DNA of 64,000 nt from an uncultured Methanosarcinales archaeon (GTDB taxonomy: Archaea > Nanobdellota > Nanobdellia > Woesearchaeales > GW2011-AR9), in assembly GCA_964343575.1 (NCBI GenBank), contig CAYFJV010000001.1:534705-598704 (forward strand), in the 5' to 3' direction. The notes under the pieces were generated by a model, which was not told the origin of the DNA, did not search any database, and saw nothing but the letters and a program-made list of their open reading frames with translations. The translations under genes were made by a program, and so were the position numbers. Below, in pieces: positions 37,380 to 46,092 of the stretch. Every line of letters begins with the position of its first letter. Position 1 is the first letter of the stretch.

Positions 37380-38885
37380 ATGGCAGGAAATATAGGATAC
37401 CACAAAAAAATATTTACCCCAAAGAGATACTCAAGTGATGACCTTTTAGACCTTGGAGTAGATGGTTCTTATGGTTTAAATATGGCTCCAGAAGTTCTTG
37501 CTTTTCTTGACACCCCTAACACAGAGATTGCTCGTATCTATAGCGCTGCGACCGGTGCAGATTATAGAGAAACACTAGCTCTTCTGAAAACTTCAACGAA
37601 GTATCTTCGATGGTCTGGAGCAGATGAGTTTCTTGCTGTGGACAGAGATGGAGAAAAAAGGGCAGTTTTGATTGAAACTAATAGTTGTCCAGGTGGAGCA
37701 CGATCTATGCCTTCTGCTAGCATTACAAGAGTAGAAGATTCAGCATTTGCAAGAACTCTTAGCTCTGCACTTCTTCCACATGTTGTTGAAGAAGGCCCAT
37801 TGGCAGTGATGTATGATCAAAATCCAAGTGGAAATCAAAGAATGGCCCAAGTGCTCGCAACACTTAGTGGCAGAGAGGTTTATGGAGTTTATGTTCCAAC
37901 ACCGGAAGTTGCTGCAAGGCATATTGACCCACATACCCTCATGGTAGATGGAATCCCAATTGCAGGTGCACATCGTTTTGTAACACAAGATCCTTGGAGG
38001 AAATTAGCAATTCTTAATCAACGAGATGGTGTGGAAATTCCTGTTTCAAACCCAGTTATTGCCTGCCTTGGAGGAGCAAGAAACAAGGCAGTTGCAACTG
38101 CTGCTTACACTGCATTTAACCAAACTAGTAGAATCAAACTTTCCGTGCCAGTTACAACTGCCGCTGTCCCAAGAAGAGAAGCCTTTGATATGGTGAGACG
38201 AGATTTTGGAGGAGTTGCAGTTGTTAAGGATCCCTACTCTAACTCAGGCATCGGAGTTTGGACAATAACAAACAAAGAGGAACTCGAAAGGGCAGAAGCA
38301 GAAACTGATGACGGAAGATTCTACTTAGTTCAGCAACTTGTTGGAAGTGAAGAAGTCACTTCTAATGGAAGTATCCCCCAGCTCCACCATTCTGGTTGTA
38401 TTGTTGATGGAGAGAGCTTTGCTACAGACTATAGGGTTATTGTAGTTAGCCACCCAACAGAAGGATTTAGACTCGCCGGACTTTACTCCCGGAGAGGAAG
38501 AGCCCCACTTAACCAACTTGGTAGAAGGGAAGTAGACTCATGGGATGTTCTAGGAACCAACCTCTCAGTACTTGAGAGAGTATTAGCAGATGGGGAAAAG
38601 GTTTGGAAGACAGAAGCAGATAGAAGAATCATACCAACTGCAGAAGACTATGCATCAATGAATATAACAAGAGACGACCTTGCTAAAATGTATGTAACTG
38701 CTGTTGCAGCTACAGTTGCAATAGACAGAGTTGCTCAAAATCTCGTAAGAAAGGATGGTAGTTTTGATAGAGAATTATTTTTAAGATTAAATGGAGGAGA
38801 ACAAAGACTTTTGGAAGAGATTATATTTCCAAGGGGAGCGTCTCTTCACGCACAGCAACGCGAAGCAGTGGCTGCCCTTGGTTAA
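37380..38885 (+). CDS. Uncharacterised ATP-grasp / glutathione-synthetase-like ligase
   Basis: D(EF)...VLIETNSCPGG (ExN metal ligands), RNK, VVKDPYSNSGIGV, YLVQQ and DYR motifs; start uncertain. Confidence 0.7.
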   Translation: MAGNIGYHKKIFTPKRYSSDDLLDLGVDGSYGLNMAPEVLAFLDTPNTEIARIYSAATGADYRETLALLKTSTKYLRWSGADEFLAVDRDGEKRAVLIETNSCPGGARSMPSASITRVEDSAFARTLSSALLPHVVEEGPLAVMYDQNPSGNQRMAQVLATLSGREVYGVYVPTPEVAARHIDPHTLMVDGIPIAGAHRFVTQDPWRKLAILNQRDGVEIPVSNPVIACLGGARNKAVATAAYTAFNQTSRIKLSVPVTTAAVPRREAFDMVRRDFGGVAVVKDPYSNSGIGVWTITNKEELERAEAETDDGRFYLVQQLVGSEEVTSNGSIPQLHHSGCIVDGESFATDYRVIVVSHPTEGFRLAGLYSRRGRAPLNQLGRREVDSWDVLGTNLSVLERVLADGEKVWKTEADRRIIPTAEDYASMNITRDDLAKMYVTAVAATVAIDRVAQNLVRKDGSFDRELFLRLNGGEQRLLEEIIFPRGASLHAQQREAVAALG

Positions 38886-39849
38886 AGAAGGCACCCTCAT
38901 AAAGGTAGAGCACTTTCCCTTTTACAGTACTTAAAATCTTCCCGCCACAGATCTCTTCTCCAAAAATATTTCTTAGTTCTGCAACAGGGGTTCCAACTTC
39001 AATCTCTTCACCAACAGTTACAAGAAACTTAACAACACCGCTCTTAGGCATTAAAGGTTTTAGAACAGCACTACCAATAAAATTTTTTCTCGAGGGAAGA
39101 GCAACATTTCTTCTTATAAGGCCTAAAGAAGCTATCACATTTTTTACTCCGCTTAACCCAGAAGCAACTTTTCTGTTATCTACCACTAATCGGGAACCAA
39201 GCTCAACTGTGAAAGAAGGAATCTTTTTGAAATAAACTAAAGAGCCCACTAGAGTGCTAGCATACCTCATTTTTTTCCCGGGAGTTTGTTCGTTGTAGAG
39301 GACAGGGAACCCAAATGTGTTTGCGTGATGAAAGCTTTCTCGACAAACATCCCGGTCTTCTTCCCGATGAGCTTTTCTTACATAGATAAAAGAATCAGAA
39401 CAAATTTTTGAACAATGCAAATCAATGTGAAAACTGGTATGCCTGCTTAGCTCTGAAACAAAATTTTCTGTTATTTGTTCTATCTCTTTTTTCTTTTCAT
39501 GTTCTTTTCCCTCTGGGAAAAAACCATTTATATCATAATCAAATATTGAAAAAGTTCTCTTGGCCCGCAAAGCCCCCAAGGGATTCAAGCTAGGGAACAA
39601 GATCACTGTTCCCTCCAAATGCTGAAGAAAGTCAGTTGTTCTTGCTTCCTTTATCAAATCAAGAATAACAAGAGAGCCAATTTGCTCGTCCCCATGCATA
39701 TTTGCCCCAACTGATATGGTCTTTCCTTCTTTTGCTCCGCCAAGGATGACTACTGGAATTCTCTCACAGACCCCTGTTGCATAGGTGAACAGATCAAAGA
39801 AACCCTGAGAAATTTCTCCCCCTTTAACATCTAACCCAAAAACTTTCAT
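38821..39849 (-). CDS. M14-family succinylglutamate desuccinylase/aspartoacylase-like zinc carboxypeptidase
   Basis: HGDE (Zn), NP.G....R, IDLH and TVELG motifs; C-terminal biotinyl-like domain. Confidence 0.88.
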   Translation of the reverse strand: MKVFGLDVKGGEISQGFFDLFTYATGVCERIPVVILGGAKEGKTISVGANMHGDEQIGSLVILDLIKEARTTDFLQHLEGTVILFPSLNPLGALRAKRTFSIFDYDINGFFPEGKEHEKKKEIEQITENFVSELSRHTSFHIDLHCSKICSDSFIYVRKAHREEDRDVCRESFHHANTFGFPVLYNEQTPGKKMRYASTLVGSLVYFKKIPSFTVELGSRLVVDNRKVASGLSGVKNVIASLGLIRRNVALPSRKNFIGSAVLKPLMPKSGVVKFLVTVGEEIEVGTPVAELRNIFGEEICGGKILSTVKGKVLYLYEGAFFNQGQPLLRVAVREETLPLEI

Positions 39850-39996
39850 GAATTTTGCTTAAGATAAGAAATATATATATTTTTTTGTCTACAATTGCTA
39901 AAGGAGAAAAATTCTTTCCAAGGGAATGATAAAGGTTTAAAAAAACATAACCGAATTGAATAAAAGTATTAGAAATTACCCAAGATACCATTGAAA

Positions 39997-41301
39997 ATGT
40001 CGCTGATTCTTCCAACACACCCAAACTTTGAAAATTATGTTAGAGAACACGATGCAGTCTTAGATATGTTAGGCACGAGAGTTGCAAAAATTCCGCTTTC
40101 CCCTTTCTTTTATCAGAGAACACTTGTAGATGAGACTAGGCCGACAGTAGAAGCATACTCAAGGCTTCTTGAACATATTGCAGGAGATTATGGTACTTTT
40201 AGAGAACACCTTGGCTACGAGCCTGAATTGGACCAATTACTTGCTGGAGCTCCAAGCTATCCCCACAACGTTCCAATTGGAAGAATAGATCTTTTCTTAA
40301 CGGAAGATGGTCCAAGGATCGTTGAGGTGAACACAGAATCTGCAGGAGGTATCGAAGAAAATTCTTACCTTGAAGAACTTTTCTTGAGACACTTCCCTGA
40401 AGCAGTTTCAGGATACAAGGCCCACGCAAGATTAAGTCAAGGAATTAACGCCTTAGTGAGTTCTTACCAAGAGCAAAAAAGAGCAAAAGGCAGAGAAGGA
40501 GAGATTGTTGAAAAACCAAGAATTGTGCTCTTCAAAGCTGCAAAAGAGATCAAAAGAATTAGAGGAGAAGTAGAAGTTTTTAGAATTGCAGCTCAACAAT
40601 TAGGCTATGATTGTGAAATTCTTCCTCTTGAATCAGCTACTTTTAGAGATGGCCACCTCTATGCTCAAGGAAGAGTTGTTGATCTGGTTTATAGGAGATT
40701 TATTCTAGATAGGCTTCCGGAAGAGCATCCAGAAGGGTTTGATTTTGCTCGAAGGCTAAACGATAGTTCCGTTGCGCTTGTAAACCCAGTTGCTTCTAAA
40801 AGAGTAAGCTCTAAAAGAGTTCAAGTTCTTCTTTCCGACCCAGCATATGAACGCCTTTTCCCACCAAGACTTCTACAAGACTTAAAAAGGGTAAGGAAAA
40901 ATATTCCACGCACGAGAGACCTTTCAAGACCAGACTCGACAGAGAGGCTTTTAAGGGAGATGTTAAAAGATAGGGAAAGGTTAGTGATAAAGGCAGCAAA
41001 TTCATTTGCTAGTAAAGCGGTTTTCATTGGGAGTGACATAAGTCCCGAAGAGTGGGAAAGAGTGGCAAAAGAAGCAGTCGGAGCAGATTTTATACTTCAG
41101 GAGAGGATAAATTTACCAAGAGTTCAAGTTGCTGTTCTTGAAGAGGGATCTAGACTAGAGCAAGAGATGATCTTCAATGTTTGTCCTTACATGTTCAGAG
41201 GAGAGTTTGGAGGATTCTATGTAAGAGCTTCCGATGATAACCTAACTTCTTTCAAAGAGGGTTCTTTAGCCACAGTTCTTCCTTGTTTTGAGAGGTTATA
41301 G
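39997..41301 (+). CDS. Circularly permuted ATP-grasp ligase (glutathionylspermidine synthase-like)
   Basis: RIDLF...IVEVNTESAGG, DLVYRR, VNP...SSK, LVIKAA..FASKAVFIG and ILQERI motifs. Confidence 0.82.
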   Translation: MSLILPTHPNFENYVREHDAVLDMLGTRVAKIPLSPFFYQRTLVDETRPTVEAYSRLLEHIAGDYGTFREHLGYEPELDQLLAGAPSYPHNVPIGRIDLFLTEDGPRIVEVNTESAGGIEENSYLEELFLRHFPEAVSGYKAHARLSQGINALVSSYQEQKRAKGREGEIVEKPRIVLFKAAKEIKRIRGEVEVFRIAAQQLGYDCEILPLESATFRDGHLYAQGRVVDLVYRRFILDRLPEEHPEGFDFARRLNDSSVALVNPVASKRVSSKRVQVLLSDPAYERLFPPRLLQDLKRVRKNIPRTRDLSRPDSTERLLREMLKDRERLVIKAANSFASKAVFIGSDISPEEWERVAKEAVGADFILQERINLPRVQVAVLEEGSRLEQEMIFNVCPYMFRGEFGGFYVRASDDNLTSFKEGSLATVLPCFERL

Positions 41302-41359
41302 AAAAAGAAAGGCCTGAGAACAAGTAAGGTTTATAATATCCTCCTACTCATTCTCTTTA

Positions 41360-41956
41360 ATGAAACCATACCTCCAAAGCACACCCTTCACCACCGCTGC
41401 TAGCGCGCTCCTTAGTATTCTTCACCATCAAAAAACAGAAATCGAACTTTCTCAAGATAATGAATTCTCTATATGGAGAGCTAGCGCACTGCTCCCCACA
41501 AGAGCTAGCTGTATCTACGCACTCGCATCCTACGCCAAAAAAAAAGGAGTAGGGGGAAAAGTTGTTGTAGAAAAAAAAGACTACGATTTCCCAGATTATC
41601 GCTTTTATCGCTACACCAAAGAAGACATTGGTCACGCTGCAACTAACGCAGCACACTACCTCAAAACAGCGCAAGAAGAAGGTGTAGAGATTGAAGAGAG
41701 AAAAATTACTTTAGAAGAGATTAAGGAGCTTCTTAAAGAAGGAAAGATTCTTTTGCTTCGACTCAATGTTAAACCCCTACGTGATGAAAAAAGGAACACT
41801 TCCAATTATGTTGTTGTCTTCGGATATTCCAACGGAAACTATGCGGTTGTCGATCCCCAGATTGGAGAAATTAAAGTCTCTGAAGAGCTTATGCAGACAT
41901 CCTTTGAAACTTTAGAGACCAAGAAGCATAGGGACCATAGGATGATCATATTCTAA
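41360..41956 (+). CDS. Peptidase C39-like (DUF3335-type) protein, catalytic residues degenerate
   Basis: YLQSTPFTTAASALL (Cys position is Thr), E..IWR, NYVVVFGY (His position is Asn), VDP. Confidence 0.7.
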   Translation: MKPYLQSTPFTTAASALLSILHHQKTEIELSQDNEFSIWRASALLPTRASCIYALASYAKKKGVGGKVVVEKKDYDFPDYRFYRYTKEDIGHAATNAAHYLKTAQEEGVEIEERKITLEEIKELLKEGKILLLRLNVKPLRDEKRNTSNYVVVFGYSNGNYAVVDPQIGEIKVSEELMQTSFETLETKKHRDHRMIIF

Positions 41957-42088
41957 GATATGCTCGCTTTTTCTTACATAAAACATATGCAGATGTTTTT
42001 TCTACTGCGCCGGTTAAGCCAAGTTATGTTCACAAAAGCAGAAGTTTGGCAGGGAAATTTTAAAAATAAAACTGCTTTTAACTCTAAA

Positions 42089-42361
42089 ATGGAATTTGCC
42101 ATCACTAAAATGTCTGAGAATGGACAAGTCGTTATACCCAAAGAAATTAGAAAAGAAGCCAAACTAAAGCCAGCAACTAAGTTTCTTGTTTTCAGCGAAA
42201 AAGGGAATATCTATCTTAAAGTTATTAAAAATTCTTTACCAAAAGATCTTCAACTTTTAGAGGACATCAGGGAGAGTGAAGAAGAGATTAAGAAGGGACG
42301 GTTTGTTAAAGCAGACACTTCTATGAGCCCAGAAGAGATTGATAGACTTCTCATGAGCTAA
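42089..42361 (+). CDS. AbrB/MazE-type antitoxin
   Basis: TKMSENGQVVIPKEIRK; directly upstream of a RelE-like gene. Confidence 0.85.
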   Translation: MEFAITKMSENGQVVIPKEIRKEAKLKPATKFLVFSEKGNIYLKVIKNSLPKDLQLLEDIRESEEEIKKGRFVKADTSMSPEEIDRLLMS

Positions 42362-42364
42362 AAA

Positions 42365-42622
42365 ATGAAGATCATTTTCTCTGAAAAGATCAAAAAACAG
42401 TACAAGAAGATTAAAGATAAGAAAACACGCTTGAAGATTATTAAACAATTAAGTAAGCTTTCAGAAAAACCAGTCTCTGGAAAGCCTCTCAAAAACAATC
42501 TCAAGAACCACAGAAGCTTAAGAATTCCCCCGCACAGAATAATTTACAAGATTGAAAACAAAACAATCATCGTTAATTGTTTCGAACACCGCAAAAAGAT
42601 TTATGAAAATGTTAAAGAATAA
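42365..42622 (+). CDS. RelE/ParE-family toxin
   Basis: 85 aa, basic; GKPLK..L...RSLRI..HRIIY.I......V..F.HRK.IY. Confidence 0.88.
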   Translation: MKIIFSEKIKKQYKKIKDKKTRLKIIKQLSKLSEKPVSGKPLKNNLKNHRSLRIPPHRIIYKIENKTIIVNCFEHRKKIYENVKE

Positions 42623-42712
42623 AATGGGAGAAGAGAACTGTTGCTTTTTGCTCTCAAGAGAAGTTCTTTTCAAAGATTGGAACAACAAAGCTGATGAAAG
42701 ATGGGATGAAGC

Positions 42713-43846
42713 CTAACTCACAACTTCCAACCCTTTCGCTTCTAGAATTTTAGTAACTGAGGCGTCAATTTGTGCTTCATCTATAATGCCTTCTTCAACT
42801 GCCCCAGCAATCACAGTGATCATTCGATAAATCTCGTTAGGATCTTCGTTGAAGTTAAGGATGATATCATTTCCCGCTAAAACAACATCAATGTACAAAC
42901 TGTCTAAGTCTCCTTGGTAAAAATTTTGCAAACCAAGCATACTTAGCTCGTCTGAGACAATGAGCCCAGAAAATTCATCTTTGATTGAGCCAATTAATTC
43001 GGGAGACACTGTTCCTGGAACTCCTTGCGAACTTGCAGCCCCTTCAACGATTAAATGACTAATCATCACTGAAGCCACTGCATCTTCTTCTACTAAGATA
43101 TCATAAGGATACAGGTCTTCTTCTTCTACCGCTGCACTTACTAAATTCTGATGGGGATCACTTACTTCTAAAGTTCTTCCAGGATAATGCTTAGCAGTTG
43201 CAAGCACACCTTCGCTTTGCAGGCCATCAATATAAGCTTGCGCAAGCTGTGTTATTTCCTGCTCGTCTCCAGGGAAAGAACGGCAAAGCCAAATGGTATC
43301 TTCTAAATCAACTACGGGAGCAAAGTTAAAGTTAAACCCAAGTGAAGCAAGATAAGCCCCTTCTTCTTGCCCCTTAGCAAAGGCATCTTCGACTGTGGTA
43401 ATGCTACTTGTGAGCGGGAAGTCTTTAAAGTTTGCAAAAAGGTTAAGACAACCTTCTAAATCAGCAGTGACAAAAAAAGGAATTTGCATACCTTCTTGAA
43501 ACTCTCCAATGATATCCAAGAAAAGTTGCTCGGTTTGCATAGCAAAAAAGTGTATTCCACCCAGTTGCAACTTCTTCCAAGCCTCCATATTATGTGTTCC
43601 TCCGTGGGTGACCACCATTTGGGCAATCTTTTCTTCAAGAGTCATGGCATTAAGATTGATGGTATTTTCATCAACTACCACTTCAGCAATCCCTGGTACA
43701 AAATACCCACGTGCTTGAGCTACATTAATGATAAGCAGAGAGACCGTGACTGCGAGGAGGATGTAAAAGAGTGTTATCTGACCTTTACTGGCCTGCTTTG
43801 CTGTTGAAACATTTGCTTTGTTTACCATTTTTGACTTTGTGCACAA
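42713..43846 (-). CDS. Exported GH3 glycoside hydrolase (NagZ-like beta-N-acetylhexosaminidase)
   Basis: MTLEEKIAQM, ADLEG, NFAPVVD, RSF, KHYPG..(D-P-H), SDELSM and AGND motifs; N-terminal KGQ plus hydrophobic helix. Confidence 0.88.
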   Translation of the reverse strand: MCTKSKMVNKANVSTAKQASKGQITLFYILLAVTVSLLIINVAQARGYFVPGIAEVVVDENTINLNAMTLEEKIAQMVVTHGGTHNMEAWKKLQLGGIHFFAMQTEQLFLDIIGEFQEGMQIPFFVTADLEGCLNLFANFKDFPLTSSITTVEDAFAKGQEEGAYLASLGFNFNFAPVVDLEDTIWLCRSFPGDEQEITQLAQAYIDGLQSEGVLATAKHYPGRTLEVSDPHQNLVSAAVEEEDLYPYDILVEEDAVASVMISHLIVEGAASSQGVPGTVSPELIGSIKDEFSGLIVSDELSMLGLQNFYQGDLDSLYIDVVLAGNDIILNFNEDPNEIYRMITVIAGAVEEGIIDEAQIDASVTKILEAKGLEVVS

Positions 43847-44175
43847 CTTCGATAGGCTTTATTTGTTAAGTAATATTCTGGAGTATTCTCTGAGTCCCCC
43901 GTTTTACAAAGAACATTTGTGTTTACTTCTTGGATGTTGTTTGTTTTTTGCTCACAGCTTAGTTGCTGGCGTACATGCTGACAACATTGCGCTAAGGAAA
44001 GTTCTTGGCTTTCTTCTCCTACCTCGAGAAAGCAGTGCTCTTCACCAGCATCAAGAGCATTGAAAATCCCGTAGCCCACATTTGGAAGAGTCAAACCAAA
44101 GAGCGAAACAATAAGCAAGAGGGAAAGAAAGCCCAAAGAAATGTTGATGATAGTAAGCGTTCTTGCCTCAACCAT
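43822..44175 (-). CDS. Hypothetical membrane-anchored Cys-rich protein
   Basis: N-terminal TM, 6 Cys; overlaps the GH3 start (probable operon). Confidence 0.65.
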   Translation of the reverse strand: MVEARTLTIINISLGFLSLLLIVSLFGLTLPNVGYGIFNALDAGEEHCFLEVGEESQELSLAQCCQHVRQQLSCEQKTNNIQEVNTNVLCKTGDSENTPEYYLTNKAYRSCAQSQKW

Positions 44176-44301
44176 AAGCTAAGTGAAGAAAAATATGTAT
44201 TTAAAGGTATGTGCTGGTTGATTTAGTTGAGAAGCTAGCAGAAAAAGTCTTAACTTCTGCCAGAAGCTTATCCCCGGAGCACTCTTGTCCAGCCCCAAAT
44301 T

Positions 44302-44354
44302 CCCAAAGAAATCAAGGATTTCTTGGGCACAAATAAAACTTGTTTTATTTTGTG
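44302..44354. repeat. Twin-hairpin intergenic element, second copy
   Basis: CCCAA(A)GAAATC-AAG-GATTTCTTGGG followed by CACAAATAAAAC-TT-GTTTTAT(T)TTGTG; same architecture as 21435-21483. Confidence 0.65.
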
Positions 44355-44493
44355 TTCTCCTAGCGTAGAAAATGCTTCCCAAGAGAGTTGCTGCTTTGAT
44401 CCGCTTGCCAGCGAAAAGGCAGAGAAGTTGACTTTTTCTGTGTTGCTATAAAGGAAGAAAAGTATTTAAAGGCACCTTGATTTGGAAAGGAAG

Positions 44494-44748
44494 ATGAAGG
44501 TTACCATTTACACATCACCACACTGTCCTTTCTCTAAAAAAGCAAAGGAATTCTTACGTAGAAAAAGAATCACCTTTGTGGAGAAGGATATCGTTGATGA
44601 TGAAGAGAGAAATCACAATAAGTATAGAGAAGAGATGATTGATCTTACTGGCCAACTTTCTACGCCAACTCTTCATATTGGAAAAGAAGTTCTTATTGGT
44701 TTTGATAAAGAAGAAGTAGATGCTGCTTTGAAAAAGGCAAAAGCATGA
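44494..44748 (+). CDS. Glutaredoxin-like protein (NrdH/YruB-like, CPFS monothiol)
   Basis: VTIYTSPHCPFS.KAKEFL, TGQ..TP and IGFD motifs. Confidence 0.88.
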   Translation: MKVTIYTSPHCPFSKKAKEFLRRKRITFVEKDIVDDEERNHNKYREEMIDLTGQLSTPTLHIGKEVLIGFDKEEVDAALKKAKA

Positions 44749-44853
44749 TTCTTGGCCCAGCTTGCTTTCTTTTAACTGTGTTAATGATCTTTAACGAGAA
44801 AAACATTTATATACCTGCCTTGCTGCTTTTTTGAGAAGAGAGGCTTGGTTTTA

Positions 44854-46092
44854 ATGAAGAGAAAAACGCATCTATTCTTATTTGTACTTTTAACTGTTCT
44901 TTTATCCTTTAGTTTGGTGAGTGCTGCAGATAGTAGTGTTACTGTAAACCTACAATCACAATCTCCAGATCCGGTCGAGCCAGGACAAATAGTTACTGTA
45001 AAATTTAAGATAGAAACGGGCCTTTTAGATACTCAAAGTGATGTTGTTGCGACTCTTCTTCCAAAGCATCCTTTCTCTCTTTACGGCGATGTTGCTGAAA
45101 AAAACTTAGGAGTATTGCCTGCAGGGGCCAGTGGCTCAGATGCTATAGAGGTTGAGTATAAACTGAAAGTTGATGAGGATGCTGCTGAAGGAGATACAGA
45201 GTTAGAATTTAGTCTGGTCTTTGGAGATGGCGGCTCTATTGACTATGTTAACGATGAGTTTATGATTGATATCCAAACCCACGATGCAGTTTTAGAGATC
45301 TCCTCTATCACCACGAGTAGTGAGAGTGTTGCTCCAGGAGAAAGTGCAACTGTGGAAGTTTTGGTGAAGAACACTGCAGATTCTCTTCTTAAAGATATTA
45401 TTTTTAGCCTTGACTTTGATGATGATGATCTACCTTTTGCTCCTTACCAAGGATCTTCCGAGAGTAGAATTGCTCAACTAGAATCTGGCTTTCAACAAAG
45501 CTTACAGTTCAACGTTATTGCGCTCCCAGATGCCGCAGGAGGACTTTACAAAATCCCACTTAGTGTGACCTATAACGATGAAAAAGGAAATGCTTACGAG
45601 TTCAACGACCTTCTTGCTCTTCAAGTTGGTAAGCAACCTGTTCTTCGAGCTTACGTAAAAAAGACAGATATTGTAAGTGCAGGACAAGAGGGAAAGGTAA
45701 CAATTGGTCTTGCAAACAGTGATACAAGCAACATTAACTATCTAGAATTAGAAGTCTTAGACTCAACAGATTTTGTTCTGCTTTCTCCAAGTAATTATTT
45801 TTACATTGGAGACCTTGACTCTGATGATACAGAAAGTGAAGAAATTAGTATTTATGCTGAGAAGGGGCTAGACGAACTTGTGATTCCGGTGAAGGTAAGC
45901 TATAGTGATGATAGCAATAAAGCTTATCAGCAAAATTTTGATCTGCAACTTACTCTTTACGATAGCGGAGAACTAAGTAAGTATGGGCTAGTAGAAAGTG
46001 GAAAAGGAGGAGTCTTCTTCTTTGTAGTACTTCTTCTTGCTGGGGCTGGCGGGTACTATTATTATCGTAAGAAGAAAAAGAAAAAACGATGA
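44854..46092 (+). CDS. COG1361 S-layer-domain surface protein
   Basis: Signal peptide, PDPVEPG and APGE Ig-like repeats, YIGDLDSDD, C-terminal TM plus poly-Lys tail. Confidence 0.85.
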   Translation: MKRKTHLFLFVLLTVLLSFSLVSAADSSVTVNLQSQSPDPVEPGQIVTVKFKIETGLLDTQSDVVATLLPKHPFSLYGDVAEKNLGVLPAGASGSDAIEVEYKLKVDEDAAEGDTELEFSLVFGDGGSIDYVNDEFMIDIQTHDAVLEISSITTSSESVAPGESATVEVLVKNTADSLLKDIIFSLDFDDDDLPFAPYQGSSESRIAQLESGFQQSLQFNVIALPDAAGGLYKIPLSVTYNDEKGNAYEFNDLLALQVGKQPVLRAYVKKTDIVSAGQEGKVTIGLANSDTSNINYLELEVLDSTDFVLLSPSNYFYIGDLDSDDTESEEISIYAEKGLDELVIPVKVSYSDDSNKAYQQNFDLQLTLYDSGELSKYGLVESGKGGVFFFVVLLLAGAGGYYYYRKKKKKKR

